A stretch of 64,000 nt of DNA from Octopus sinensis (lineage: Eukaryota): positions 89,156,001 through 89,220,000 of the forward strand of contig NC_043002.1 of the NCBI RefSeq assembly GCF_006345805.1, read 5' to 3'. The translations under genes were made by a program, and so were the position numbers. Shown here piece after piece: positions 63,470-64,000 of the stretch. The stretch's first letter is position 1; each line of letters starts with the position of its first letter. A model generated the notes under the pieces. The model made no database searches, was not told the DNA's origin, and saw only the letters and a program-made list of their open reading frames with translations.

Positions 63470-64000
63470 CTAGTAACCAGTTGATAATTAAAGGAAAGAA
63501 AATAACAAACCAATGTAATATAGAATATAAAATACAAGATGATTCGAAAGTACTTTTAGTATATTTATAAACCAGCTAACAACTGAGGTAAATTGAACTT
63601 TCCTAGCCCTCTACACACACTGACTGTCAGAGCTCAAGAATTCCAGGATAGCTAGTCTACACCCTTGCTATTCATGCTGCCAGCTGTTTGAACTACAATT
63701 ATATTATGTGTCTTAGAATAATAAATATTCTCTTTTCTAAAATATATAATATAATACATACATATACCAAAGAATATTCATGACAAAACAATGAAGAGAG
63801 TATCAAAAATGTATAAAATCAAAATTCTAACAAAATAAAAAATTAAATTTTTAATATATCGTTTATATACTGAAGCAGTAATTTCCAAACTTTTTCAGGC
63901 TGCTGCCCCCTTGGCACTCAGGCCACATTCCTGGAGCCCCTGCCTCCCCACCACAAATATAGACCACTTTCTGCAGCAAATTCAAAACAACTGTATTTCA

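Noticed and set aside
63877-64000. hAT-like MITE start (CAGTAATTTCCAAACTTTTT); similar remnants at ~21850 and 34028-34165
   Set aside because: Ends too degenerate or truncated to call confidently

Overview
AT-rich eukaryotic DNA dense in microsatellites and SINEs. The repeat families look like those of octopus/coleoid cephalopod genomes (inference from recall, not a database result). Almost every entry in the ORF track is microsatellite or SINE noise. Main content: (1) the last three coding exons (12673-12714, 16160-16243, 22013-22557, +) of a single-pass membrane protein ending in DYLINGMYL (MANSC1/C11orf24-like), followed by a ~5.9 kb nearly TE-free putative 3'UTR; (2) a convergent minus-strand gene that the ORF track essentially misses, rebuilt by hand from small phase-compatible GT-AG exons between ~40.3 and 63.5 kb (core 45.4-48.0 kb moderately supported, upstream exons tentative, product not recognised); (3) many transposon relics: a near full-length Chapaev3-type pseudo-transposase, mariner and maT relics, a foldback mariner family built from two left ends, Helitron, piggyBac- and MULE-type MITEs, long palindromes, and Penelope-type remnants with hammerhead-ribozyme-like motifs. 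No prokaryotic-type system (CRISPR, operon) is present. All calls were made by eye.
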